64,000 nt of DNA, taken from the NCBI GenBank assembly GCA_964016885.1, contig OZ024764.1, forward strand, positions 6,510,001-6,574,000. The letters run 5' to 3'. Both the position numbers and the translations under genes were made by a program. The DNA comes from Eledone cirrhosa. Lineage: Eukaryota. Below, one piece after another: positions 50,661 to 62,631 of the stretch. Each line of letters starts with the position of its first letter. Position 1 is the first letter of the stretch. The notes beneath the pieces were generated by a model. It was not told the origin of the DNA. It saw nothing but the letters and a program-made list of their open reading frames with translations, and did not search any database.

Positions 50661-51831
50661 GTGTCACCATCCGTACCAATTTCTGCCGGATACAAAGAGC
50701 AACACTCCAAGAACGCTGTGTCATCTTCCAAGAGCTCTCTGGGCTCCACTAATGGCACAGTGGCACTGAACTCCATCGGCCGGTCTAGTCCTTCAGCTGT
50801 GTCTGTCAACTCGTCTCGGAGTCGCAGCGAGTCGGGGACCCCGACCGAACGCAAACACTCTCACTCACACTCACACAGCAAGAGTGCCTCTTCTTCGTCC
50901 ACTCAGCAGAACTCCTCCTCTTCTTCGTCATCGTCTACTTCTTCTTCTTCTTCGTCTTCTTCCAAAGAGCGAGAGCTGGCCGCCAAGGAGATGGTGACCC
51001 GCATCTACCGGGAGGAGTTGACGAAGCTTGCTCAGGCGGCAGAGAGCGCCGGGAACGTGGCAGCTAGCACGATGTATCAGCAGGAACTTGCCCGAATCGC
51101 TCAGAACATTCACCGGAATACTCCGCACCAGCAACAACAGCACGAAAGCTTCCACCAGCCGGATAAAATAAATGTGAAAACGGAACCGCCTGATAATTCT
51201 TCCGAAGAGAATGCCTCTCAGACAAATGGTCCTATAGATCTTAGTAAACCCCACAGCGCGCCACACACGCCAACAACAGAATCAGCAGCTGACGGCAGCA
51301 CACGTCATTCTGGAAGTGCCTTCTGCCTCGTTCGGCCACGACTCAACGGTCAGGACGGCTATGAGCCTTCAAGATTCTCCTCCTATATACCTTCTGACTG
51401 CTTGTCACCTTTGCAGCGAATGCAGAACATCGCCAATTCGTTAACGACTCGATCTCATGTTGGCACCCCCTCCACGAAACCCCTCAAAGCCGTTTTGCCG
51501 CCGATCACCCAAGAACAGTTCGACAAATATTCCAATATTGACACCGATATTCTGGTGAAACAGGTAAAGGAAACGCTCAGCCAATACTCCATCAGTCAAC
51601 GACTCTTTGGTGAGAACGTTCTCGGACTTTCCCAGGGCAGCGTTAGTGATCTGCTCGCCAGGCCCAAACCGTGGCACATGCTAACACAGAAAGGTCGCGA
51701 ACCATTTATTCGAATGCAGATCTTTCTCGAAGACGGAGAGGCGATCCCGAAGCTCGTCGCTTCGCAATACCGGATCCCGCCGGATAAGCTGATGCGGAGT
51801 AACTCACAAAGTCAGGAATCTAGTTCTTCGG
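50661..51831 (+). CDS. cut: cut exon M with CUT domain 2
   Basis: caccag| and |gtaagt; phase 0 to 1. Encodes [78 protein letters not shown]. Confidence 0.97.
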
Positions 51832-52357
51832 GTAAGTTCACTCCTCTTCATACTCCACTTCGTCTTCGTCTTCCTCCCCTTCACTCCAATCCCCCCTCAT
51901 TCTCCACATCCACTTCTTCGTCCTCTCATCCCCATCTGCCTTCCATTTCTCACCCTCAGCTTTTCTTCGTTATCCTCTCACCCCCCTTTCACCTCCTCAT
52001 TGTCATCCTCTATATTCATCTCCATCTTCACCGTCATCCCATCCTCCCCTCCACCATCCCCACCACTGTCATCATTACTACCCTCATCCCCACCATCACC
52101 ATCATCCCCACCACCTCCACCACCATCATCCCCACCACCTCCATCATCCCCACCACCACCACCACCACCATCATCATCCCCACCACCACCACCATCCCCT
52201 CCACCACCACCATCATCATCCCCTCCACCACCATCCTCCTCTTCTCCCTAGGTTATCAATGTTGGCCTATATAATCCCCCCCCCCCTCTTCAGTGGTTCC
52301 CAGACTTTAGAACAAGTAAAATATAGATTTCAATACACCCTGTATCTAACTTTGGAT

Positions 52358-52823
52358 ATTTACTGTAGATACTCAAATATAAGGTCACCCCACTATTTAA
52401 TGTAGATACTTAAATATAAGGTCACCCCACTATTTAATGTAGATACTTAAATATAAGGTCACCCCACTATTTACTGTATATACTCAAATATAAAGTCACT
52501 CCACTATTTACTGTATATATTGGAATATAAGGTCACCCCACTATATACTGTATATATTTGAATATAAGTCTACCCCATTATTTACTGTATATACTTGAAT
52601 ATAAGTCTACCCCACTATATACTGTATATACTTGAATATAAGTCAACCCCACTATATACTGTATATACTTAAATATAAGTCTACTCCACTATATACTGCA
52701 TATATTTGAATATAAGTTGGCCCACTATATACTGTATATATCCGAGTATAAGGTCACCCCACTATATACTGTATATACTCAAATATAAGCAACCCTACTA
52801 TTTACTGTATATACTTGAATATA
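52358..52823. repeat. 37-bp minisatellite
   Basis: Units of the type ATTTACTGTATATACTCAAATATAAGGTCACCCCACT. Confidence 0.9.
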
Positions 52824-52826
52824 AGC

Positions 52827-54334
52827 TGTCTATATATCCAGTCAGCATCTACACAGTGTCTATATATATACACACTGTGTCTATATACCCAGTCAAAATC
52901 TACACACTGTATATCTATCAATATATACATACTATGTCTATATATATATATAGCCAGCATCTACACACTGTGTCTATATACCCAGTCAAAATCTACACAC
53001 TGTATATCTATCAATATATACATAGTATGTCTATATATATATATATATAGTCAGCATCTACACACTGTGTCTATATACCCAGTCAAAATCTACACACTGT
53101 ATATCTATCAATATATACATAGTATGTCTCTCTCTCTATATATATATATATATAGTCAGCATCTACACACTGTGTCTATATACCCAGTCAAAATCTACAC
53201 ACTGTATATCTATCAATATATACATACTATGTCTATATATATATATAGTCAGCATCTACACACTGTGTCTATATACCCAGTCAAAATCTACACACTGTAT
53301 ATCTATCAATATATACATACTATGTCTATATATATATATAGTCAACATCTACACACTGTGTCTATATACCCAGTCAAAATCTACACACTGTATATCTATC
53401 AATATATACATACTATGTCTATATATATATATATAGTCAGCATCTACACACTGTCTATATACCCAGTCAAAATCTACACACTGTATATCTATCAATATAT
53501 ACATACTATGTCTATATATATATATATAGTCAGCATCTACACACTGTCTATATACCCAGTCAAAATCTACACACTGTCTATATACCCAGTCAAAATCTAC
53601 ACACTGTATATCTATCAATATATACATACTATGTCTATATATATACATAGTCAACATCTACACACTGTGTCTATATACCCAGTCAAAATCTACACACTGT
53701 ATATCTATCAATATATACATACTATGTCTCTATATATATATATATATAGTCAGCATCTACACACTGTGTCTATATAGCCAGTCAAAATCTACACACTGTA
53801 TATCTATCAATATATACATACTATGTCTATATATATATATATATATAGTCAGCATCTACACACTGTGTCTATATAGCCAGTCAAAATCTACACACTGTAT
53901 ATCTATCAATATATATGTACTATGTCTATATATAGTCAGCATCTACACACTGTGTCTATATACCCAGTCAAAATCTACACACTGTATATCTATCAATATA
54001 TACATACTATGTCTAGATATATATATAGTCAGCATCTACACACTGTCTATATACCCAGTCAGCATCTACACACTGTATATCTATCAATATAATATAGTCA
54101 ACATCTACACACTGTGTCTATATACCCAGTCAAAATCTACACACTGTATATCTATCAATATATACATACTATGTCTATATATATATATAGTCAGCATCTA
54201 CACACTGTCTATATACCCAGTCAGCATCTACACACTGTATATCTATCAATATAATATAGTCAACATCTACACACTGTGTCTATATACCCAGTCAAAATCT
54301 ACACACTGTATATCTATCAATATATACATACTAT
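52827..54334. repeat. ~92-bp minisatellite built from ~30-bp subunits
   Basis: AGTCAGCATCTACACACTGTGTCTATATACCCAGTCAAAATCTACACACTGTATATCTATCAATATATACATACTATGTC(TA)n. Confidence 0.93.
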
Positions 54335-54983
54335 GGGAACCACTGAATTAAATGATCTTCCTCGTTAGCCTTCCTCGTTAATTTAAAATCCTTTCAAACT
54401 CATCAGGAGAAAATGTATGTTTGCTTTTGTTTGTCTTGTTTTTGAAAAGCCACCACAATGCAGATTAACCAAAATGGGAGTTGGGCTAGTGGACAGAACC
54501 ACCTGCTAAAATCTAACTCTACATCTGCCATGTACTCTGTCCACTTCTTTTCCCTCTTTTACCTGACTCAATGATTTTATAGTTGAACTTGTGTTGTGAT
54601 GGCTTTTCTAGAAAACATACATACTTTTTTCACGTTCATTCACGCATATATATATGTATATATATATATATATGTTGTTTGTTTCATATAATATTTTTTA
54701 TGAATTTTTTGTTTTTTCAGTCAAATTTATGTTTGGGGGATTGTCAAGGTCGGTGGAGCATCAAACAAACAGCAGTGTTTGTTTGACGCTCTTTACGCTC
54801 TCAGTTCAAATCCCACCAAGGTCAACTTTGCTTTTCATCCTTTCGAGATTGATCTGGGGGTTAATATGTGTGTGTGTGTGTATGTATATACATGTATAAA
54901 ATTATATTTATATATATATGTATATATACGTTTTATATATATATATGTTTATATATATGTATATATATATAAATATATATGTG

Positions 54984-55017
<34 letters not shown>

Positions 55018-55111
55018 TTCATATATATATATTCATATATATATATTCATATATATATATATATATATGTGTATATATGTATGCTTGTGTGTGTGTGTAT
55101 GTATGTGTGTT

Positions 55112-55142
<31 letters not shown>

Positions 55143-55303
55143 CTGAAACATATCTCCAGGTCAACTGATGGGAGGGGACTCCTTGTTCCGTCCATTTTTC
55201 CGTTGTCTTCACCCCCCCCCCCTTTTTTTGTCATTTTGTGATTTTACCAACACGGGACACTTTTATATATTATATATAGATATACACTTTATATACGTGT
55301 ATG

Positions 55304-55335
<32 letters not shown>

Positions 55336-55377
55336 CTATATATATATACTTTATATATGTATATATATATATATATA

Positions 55378-56267
55378 TAGTGTGCGGACGATATTTGTTC
55401 ACAAGTTTACTGTCTAGGAAAAAATAAGACAGTAGTTTTATTTTTTAAGATATATTTATCAAACTTGGGTCAGTTTGTCTTCATGACTTGTTCTTTCGAT
55501 CTCACTCGATAAACCCGCCATTAGCTTTGATGACGGCCTCAAGGCGGCCTCGGAACCGGCTACAGGCCTTCGTCACTGTCCCCCGACTTAGGCCCCTAAA
55601 GGCACTTGTGATCCTGGCCTTCAGATCGTCTTTCGTATTGCAGCTAGATCTGTTGGTGTCTCGTTCCACTGCGCCCCACACAAAGAAGTTGAGGGGGCTG
55701 CAGTCAGGCGAGCTGGGAGGCCAGATGTCAGGTGAAGTGTGGTCGACGAAGTTCTCTGACAGCCAGGCTTGGGTCTTTTGGCTGGTATGGCAGGGCGCTG
55801 AGTCTTGCTGCCACACGTACGGCCTACCTGCAGCTACCTGGTCGATCCAGGGCTTTACTACCTCGCTCAGAATGTGGATGTAGCCATCGGTGTTCAGCTT
55901 GAGGCCCTCAAGGAAGAAGTGAGGTGGCATGACGTCACCTTGACTGCTGACGACACCTAAGACCAATGTTGTCTCTGGAAACTTTGTCTGCATGACTCTG
56001 GGCACATCTTTGGATGAGACAGCGAGCCACCTGTTGTTCTAGGAGTTGATCTTCTGGTCTTATTTGTCCTCCCAGCACGGATCCCAAGAACTCCGTGTCC
56101 CTTCCACAAATTTGGAGGTTCAAAATTATTCATAATCAATTATTCTGAAAATAAATAATGGAAATATAGTCACTGTTTTTATGAAGACAAGAGTGACAAC
56201 GGAAGTTTAAAAAAATATGCATAAAATTAGCAGTTGAAAATTGCGAACAAATATCGTCCGCACCCTG
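55378..56267 (-). mobile_element. internally deleted Tc1/mariner element of the DD37D (maT) type
   Basis: TIR CAGGGTGCGGACGATATTTGTTCGCAA (left copy degenerate) within TA runs. Transposase C-terminus WQQDSAPCH...WPPSSPDCSPLNFFVW has 37 residues between the second D and the third catalytic position, here N. Confidence 0.9.
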
Positions 56268-56285
56268 TATATACAGATATATATA

Positions 56286-56333
<48 letters not shown>

Positions 56334-56583
56334 TATGATATAAATATATACTATAAAAATATATATATATATATGATATAAATATATACTGTATGTATGT
56401 ATGTATGTATATATACATATATAAAGTATATATCTATCTGTGTATATATATATATATATATATAAAAACAGAACACACGCTGACACACACCCACACACAC
56501 ACACATATACACACATATACACACATAGCTACATACTGTGCCGACTGTCAGGTGCCTTAATATGATTGTCACTCGTTTTTCAG

Positions 56584-57153
56584 AATGTTTAAGCGACACA
56601 CATCAGTGCCCAGTGTTGGGGAGGCCCTCTCTGCAGTCCCCAACACTGTCGAAGGCCGGCAGTGGTGAGGTGTCGTGGTCAGGCAGCTGTGCAACAACAA
56701 GCACATCCACTACAACATCAACAACAACAACAACATCCTCCTCATCAACAACAACATCGTCGTCATCGTCATCAACAACAACAACAATAACTGGTATTGG
56801 TGTTGTTGGTGGTGGTGGTGGCGGCGGTGGTAATAGCCGTAGTGACAGTCCATCGTTAACGGGTGGCTATCCGTCATCTATGTTTGAAATTGCAGCCATG
56901 ACTTCCGAAATTGATACACTGGAGGTCACCAGCAAAGTGAAGGAGGTCTTACAGTTCCATAATCTGGGCCAGCGTCTGTTTGGCGAGGCAGTGCTGGGCC
57001 TGTCGCAGGGATCGGTCAGCGAGTTGCTATCCAAACCCAAACCGTGGCACATGTTAAGCATTAAAGGCCGCGAGCCGTTTATCAAGATGCACATCTGGTT
57101 AGTTGACCCGCACAATACCGAACGTCTTAAGTGTTACCAAAATGAGCTGAAAG
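56584..57153 (+). CDS. cut: cut exon N with CUT domain 3
   Basis: tttcag| and ag|gtaggt; phase 1 to 1. Encodes [65 protein letters not shown]. Confidence 0.96.
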
Positions 57154-58104
57154 GTAGGTTCCCGAGTGCGTGCCTCCTCTTCCTCCGAACACCTAACTAC
57201 TCATCCCTATCTCCTCTCCTGACCGCCTAACCTCTCGTCCCCATCTCTTCCTCTGACCCCCTAACCACTCGTCGCCCATCTTTTCCACCTCTGACCACCT
57301 AACCACTCGTCCCTCTCCTTCTCCAAACCACCTAACCACTTCTCCCCTATCTCTTCCTCCAACCACTTCTCCCCTAACCCCTCTGCCGACCACCTAACCA
57401 CCCCACCCTCCTCCTCCTGCCTTTGCCTCCCTCTTCCTCCACCTCTTCTTTGTGGTTGCTCTTCACACATAACAATTTTTTTTTCTTCTCTTTTTTTTTT
57501 TTTTTTTGCTGGTTTTTGGTGAAGTTGGGTGTTTTTGTGTTTTTGTGTTTTTGTGTTTTTTTCTTTTGGTTTTCCACAATTAACATTTTCTGGGTTTAGT
57601 GCCGCTGGTGTTTAATACTTAATTCACTTTAATCCTTTTTTTTTTTCCGACCCCTTTGGGCCCCTCATCCCTCTTATTTTTATTTTATTTTCTAATTATT
57701 TTTCCCCCCTCCCTTCCTAAAAAATCTCTTCTTCTTTTCTTCCCCCCTCCCCCATTGTTCTCTTACTTTGCACATCATCATCGTCATCATCATTTTGCAT
57801 CTGGTTTTACCCCTCCATGCTGGCATGGGTTAGATCTGTCTTCTCCTACAGCACAGTTTCCCTCTGCTTGTTATCTTCCCTTCTCATCACCTCTGAGAGA
57901 TAATAGTAATATTGATATAAACCAGACAAGGTATTTAGCACCCTAGGTTAGCTCTACAATATGTACCTGGGTATTGTGTGCCCTAGGCTAGCTCTACAAT
58001 GTGTACCTGGGTATTTAGTACCCTAGGTTATCTCTACAATACATTACTGCTCCTATATGTGAGATAGTGTTGCAGATACACACACAGACATCTTAACCCT
58101 TTAC

Positions 58105-59373
58105 CATTTACATTACTCTATATATACTATTGTATTGTCACAGTAAAGGCTTTACCTCACATAATATCTCACATACCATTTACATTACTCTATATATACT
58201 ATTGTATTGTCACAGTAAAGGCTTTACCTCACATAATATCTCACATAACATTTACATTACTCTATATATACTATTGTATTGTCACAGTAAAGGCTTTACC
58301 TCACATAATATCTCACATACCATTTACATTACTCTATATATACTATTGTATTGTCACAGTAAAGGCTTTACCTCACATAATATCTCGCATAACATTTACA
58401 TTACTCTATATATACTATTGTATTTTCACAGTAAAGGCTTTACCTCACATAATATCTCACAACATTTACATTACTCTATATATACTATTGTATTTTCACA
58501 GTAAAGGCTTTACCTCACATAATATCTCACAACATTTACATTACTCTATATATACTATTGTATTGTCACAGTAAAGGCTTTACCGCACATAATATCTCAC
58601 ATACCATTTACATTACTCTATATATACTATTGTATTGTCACAGTAAAGGCTTTACCTCACATAATATCTCGCATAACATTTACATTACTCTATATATACT
58701 ATTGTATTTTCACAGTAAAGGCTTTACCTCACATAATATCTCACAACATTTACATTACTCTATATATACTATTGTATTTTCACAGTAAAGGCTTTACCTC
58801 ACATAATATCTCACATAACATTTACATTACTCTATATATACTATTGTATTTTCACAGTAAAGGCTTTACCTCACATAATATCTCACATAACATTTACATT
58901 ACTCTATATATACTATTGTATTTTCACAGTAAAGTCTTTACCTCACATAATATCTCACATAACATTTACATTACTCTATATATACTATTGTATTTTCACA
59001 GTAAAGGCTTTACCTCACATAACATTCACATTACTCTATATATACTATTGTATTTTCACAGTAAAGACTTTACCTCACATAATATCTCACATAACATTTA
59101 CATTACTCTATATATACTATTGTATTGTCACAGTAAAGGCTTTACCTCACATAATATCTCACATAACATTTACATTACTCTATATATACTATTGTATTTT
59201 CACAGTAAAGGCTTTACCTCACATAACATTTACATTACTCTATATATACTATTGTATTGTCACAATAAAGGCCTTACCTCACATAATATCTCACATAACA
59301 TTTACATTACTCTATATATACTATTGTATTGTCACAGTAAAGGCTTTACCTCACATAATATCTCACATAATAT
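58105..59373 (+). repeat. third locus of the 60-bp satellite
   Basis: Same unit as at 38239, with small deletion variants. Confidence 0.96.
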
Positions 59374-60050
59374 CAAATCTATGAGATTTTGATATTATTT
59401 ATTTTGAGAACAATACCATAACATAAGTATGAGCAGCTGGTTACAGCCAGTCTTGTAGATTCAATGAACAGAAGGAGGTGGGAGAGTTCTGGCCGGTTTA
59501 AATACTAAGGGGTTAAGCCCACATTGAGACACTGGCTGATCCCTCTTATGTCTTGAATCACATCCAGAAAAGAATAAAATAAAGGAGTGTAAACCCCTCA
59601 ATTGTTGTAAAGTTAGTCTCTCAATCTCTCCAACACCTTGGTACCCTGTCTCCTCCTTCTCACTCCTCTACTGCTACTGCAATGGTCTCTGCTCCTTGGA
59701 ACCTGCTGCTCTCTTTCACTCACTCATCACTCATTCTGTCACTCAGTCTCATACTCGCACTCATCACTCACCCTTCACTCCCAACTCTGTCACCCACTCA
59801 GATGCTTACGACTCACCCCTCGCTCGTGACTCGACCCATCTCTCCTCCATATTTTGTTCACGAGTAAGGCCCCCCCCCCCCTCCTGGTCACACACAAGTC
59901 CCTCTTCCTCAGAAACGACGTTCCCTGCCGTCCCAGGGACTCCATCCCTGCTTATGTCTGACTGGGTCCACAACACTTTAGGCTGAACATCAACGATGTT
60001 TGAAGGCCATTAGCTCCCCACATCAATCCTCTCAGTTGCCGGGAGGCCAC

Positions 60051-61293
60051 GGGCTCTGTCCCTTCTTCCAGACACATATTTCTCCAGTGTCAGAAGACCT
60101 GTGAAGGTTATGGGCTCTGTTCCTTCTTCCAGACAAATATTTCTCCAGTGTCAGAAGACCTGTGAAGGTTATGGGCTCTGTCCCTTCTTCCAGACACATA
60201 TTTCTCCAGTGTCTGAAGACCTGTGAAGGTTGTGGGCCCTGTCCCTTCTTCCAGACAAATATTTCTCCAGTGTCAGAAGACCTGTGAAGGTTATGGGCTC
60301 TGTCCCTTCTTCCAGACAAATATTTCTCCAGTGTCAGAAGACCTGTGAAGGTTATGGGCTCTGTCCCTTCTTCCAGACACATATTTCTCCAGTGTCAGAA
60401 GACCTGTGAAGGTTACGGGCTCTGTCCCTTCTTCCAGACACATATTTCTCCAGTGTCAGAAGACCTGTGAAGGTTATGGGCTCTGTCCCTTCTTCCAGAC
60501 ACATATTTCTCCAGTGTCAGAAGACCTGTGAAGGTTGTGGGCCCTGTCCCTTCTTCCAGACAAATATTTCTCCAGTGTCAGAAGACCTGTGAAGGTTGTG
60601 GGCTCTGTCCCTTCTTCCAGACACATATTTCTCCAGTGTCAGAAGACCTGTGAAGGTTGTGGGCCCTGTCCCTTCTTCCAGACAAATATTTCTCCAGTGT
60701 CAGAAGACCTGTGAAGGTTGTGGGCTCTGTCCCTTCTTCCAGACACATATTTCTCCAGTGTCAGAAGACCTGTGAAGGTTGTGGGCCCTGTCCCTTCTTC
60801 CAGACAAATATTTCTCCAGTGTCAGAAGACCTGTGAAGGTTGTGGGCTCTGTCCCTTCTTCCAGACACATATTTCTCCAGTGTCAGAAGACCTGTGAAGG
60901 TTATGGGCTCTGTCCCTTCTTCCAGACACATATTTCTCCAGTGTCAGAAGACCTGTGAAGGTTATGGGCTCTGTCCCTTCTTCCAGACAAATATTTCTCC
61001 AGTGTCAGAAGACCTGTGAAGGTTGTGGGCTCTGTCCCTTCTTCCAGACACATATTTCTCCAGTGTCAGAAGACCTGTGAAGGTTATGGGCTCTGTCCCT
61101 TCTTCCAGACACATATTTCTCCAGTGTCAGAAGACCTGTGAAGGTTATGGGCTCTGTCCCTTCTTCCAGACAAATATTTCTCCAGTGTCAGAAGACCTGT
61201 GAAGGTTGTGGGCTCTGTCCCTTCTTCCAGACACATATTTCTCCAGTGTCAGAAGACCTGTGAAGGTTGCGGGCCCTGTCCCTTCTTCCAGAC
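60051..61293. repeat. 61-bp minisatellite (about 20 copies)
   Basis: Unit GGGCTCTGTCCCTTCTTCCAGACACATATTTCTCCAGTGTCAGAAGACCTGTGAAGGTTAT. Confidence 0.96.
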
Positions 61294-61658
61294 CTACCAT
61301 GTAAAGAAAAAGAATCAAACTACCCACAACATACACACTAGGGGTGGTCACTTCATACCAAACTGCTACCTTCTCGCGCTCTCTTTAATAATTGTTTCTA
61401 CTTTTGGCACAAGGCCAGCAATTACCCCAGTGTATTACTGGTACTTTATTTTATCAACCCCGTAAGGATGAAAGGCAAAGGGACATGCCCATAGCCTTCA
61501 CAGGTCCTTCCAACACTGGAGGAAGGGACATGCCCATAGCCTTCACAGGTCCTTCCGACACTGGAGGAAGGGACATGCCCATAGCCTTCGCAGTTCTTCC
61601 GATATCCACTCTGTTCAATAATTGTTTCTACGTTGATAAAAAAAAAAAAAAACTACTT

Positions 61659-61755
61659 CTTCCTAAGAGGGACTTGAACCTGTGACCCTCCGATTACTTC
61701 ACTTCAGAGGAAGATTCGTAAAAGTCTGATGCTCTATTGACTGAGCTATGAGGGC
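61659..61755 (-). pseudogene. intron-containing tRNA-Lys(UUU), probably a pseudogene
   Basis: GCCCTCATAGCTCAGTCAATAGAGCATCAGACTTTTA-[24-nt intron]-ATCGGAGGGTCACAGGTTCAAGTCCCTCTTAGGAAG followed by a long T-run. The acceptor and T stems are mismatched. Confidence 0.82.
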
Positions 61756-62010
61756 AATATCTACAGGACAGGGACCAGGTCGGGGGACTGGGACCATGTT
61801 AAGGGGCTGGGGATCGGGAGTGAGGTTTTTATCTTTTAATCACTGCTTTTTGGTTTTTTACACAAATTTTTTTTTTAAACACTTGTGTTGTGGTTGTTGT
61901 GTGTGGAATTTGTTTTTGTTTTTTTCTTTGTTGTGTTGTTTCTTTCTGTCTCCCCCCCCCCCCCCCCCACCTGCTACTGAACCTAGCTCTGTCCCCCTCT
62001 CTGTCTCGAA

Positions 62011-62535
62011 ATCAGGTTCTCAAAGTGGGCGATACCGCCCCTTGAGGGGGGGGGGGTTGAGATAGCCCAGGGGGCGGTAGAGATGATATAATAGTATATT
62101 AAATATCAAATGATACATGGTATATATAAATATAGTTAAATATATAATATTTATTTATACATAGTATATATTTGGTTCTTTATATAGTGTCAACGCTCTT
62201 TCGTCACACATTCTGTGACCTTCTCAGTGACTAGGTTTTGTTCTGAAAGGAGAGACACACAAAATAAAAACCTAGTCACTGAGGAGGTCACAGAATGTGT
62301 GACAGAAGAGCGTTGACAATATACAAACAACCTTCCGGTTATCAAACCAATCAACCAACTGGAAATTTATAATAAATTATATTATTTATTATATATGAAT
62401 TAAACGATTTTATTTATTATATATTATTTACAATTTGTGTGTAGGTAGATCTCTCTGGAAATATGAGTGGGGGCTGCTGAGCGTATTATGTGGCTGTGAG
62501 GTGGGGCAGTGACCTCAAAAGTTTGAGAACCTCCG
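62011..62535. mobile_element. degenerate hAT-Charlie-like MITE with a nested hammerhead inverted repeat
   Basis: Ends AGGTTCTCAAA / TTTGAGAACCT. Family B hammerheads at ~62189-62233 (-) and ~62274-62317 (+). Confidence 0.55.
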
Positions 62536-62631
62536 GTCTAAATTGTAACTGCAATAACCCCATGTCGGGCTACTGGTGTTTTAAGGGAGTCAGGACCTTA
62601 ATTTGTGGAAGGAAGAGGGTTGGTTTAGTTA

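Larger units (their letters stand above)
5805..57153 (+). other. cut: cut/CUX1-like homeobox gene, partial gene body (14 exons in window; 5' exons and homeodomain exon outside the window)
   Basis: 14 GT-AG exons join in compatible phases into one open frame. The N-terminal exons align by eye with the coiled coil shared by CUX1 and CASP, followed by three CUT domains. Confidence 0.95.

Noticed and set aside
54385-54412. Minus-strand CTGATGAGTTTGAAAG
   Set aside because: No stem II or stem I pairing; a chance match.
55502-56005. Active transposase gene
   Set aside because: The element is only 890 bp, lacks the N-terminal DNA-binding region and first catalytic D, and has N at the third catalytic position.
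2811-56599. Many [20 protein letters not shown] ORFs
   Set aside because: They are translations of (TA)n, (CA)n, (CT)n and (CAC)n simple repeats.
59638-60045. Unique-looking CT-rich segment with short ORFs, a possible exon or LINE endonuclease relic
   Set aside because: No convincing splice sites or recognisable protein motifs.
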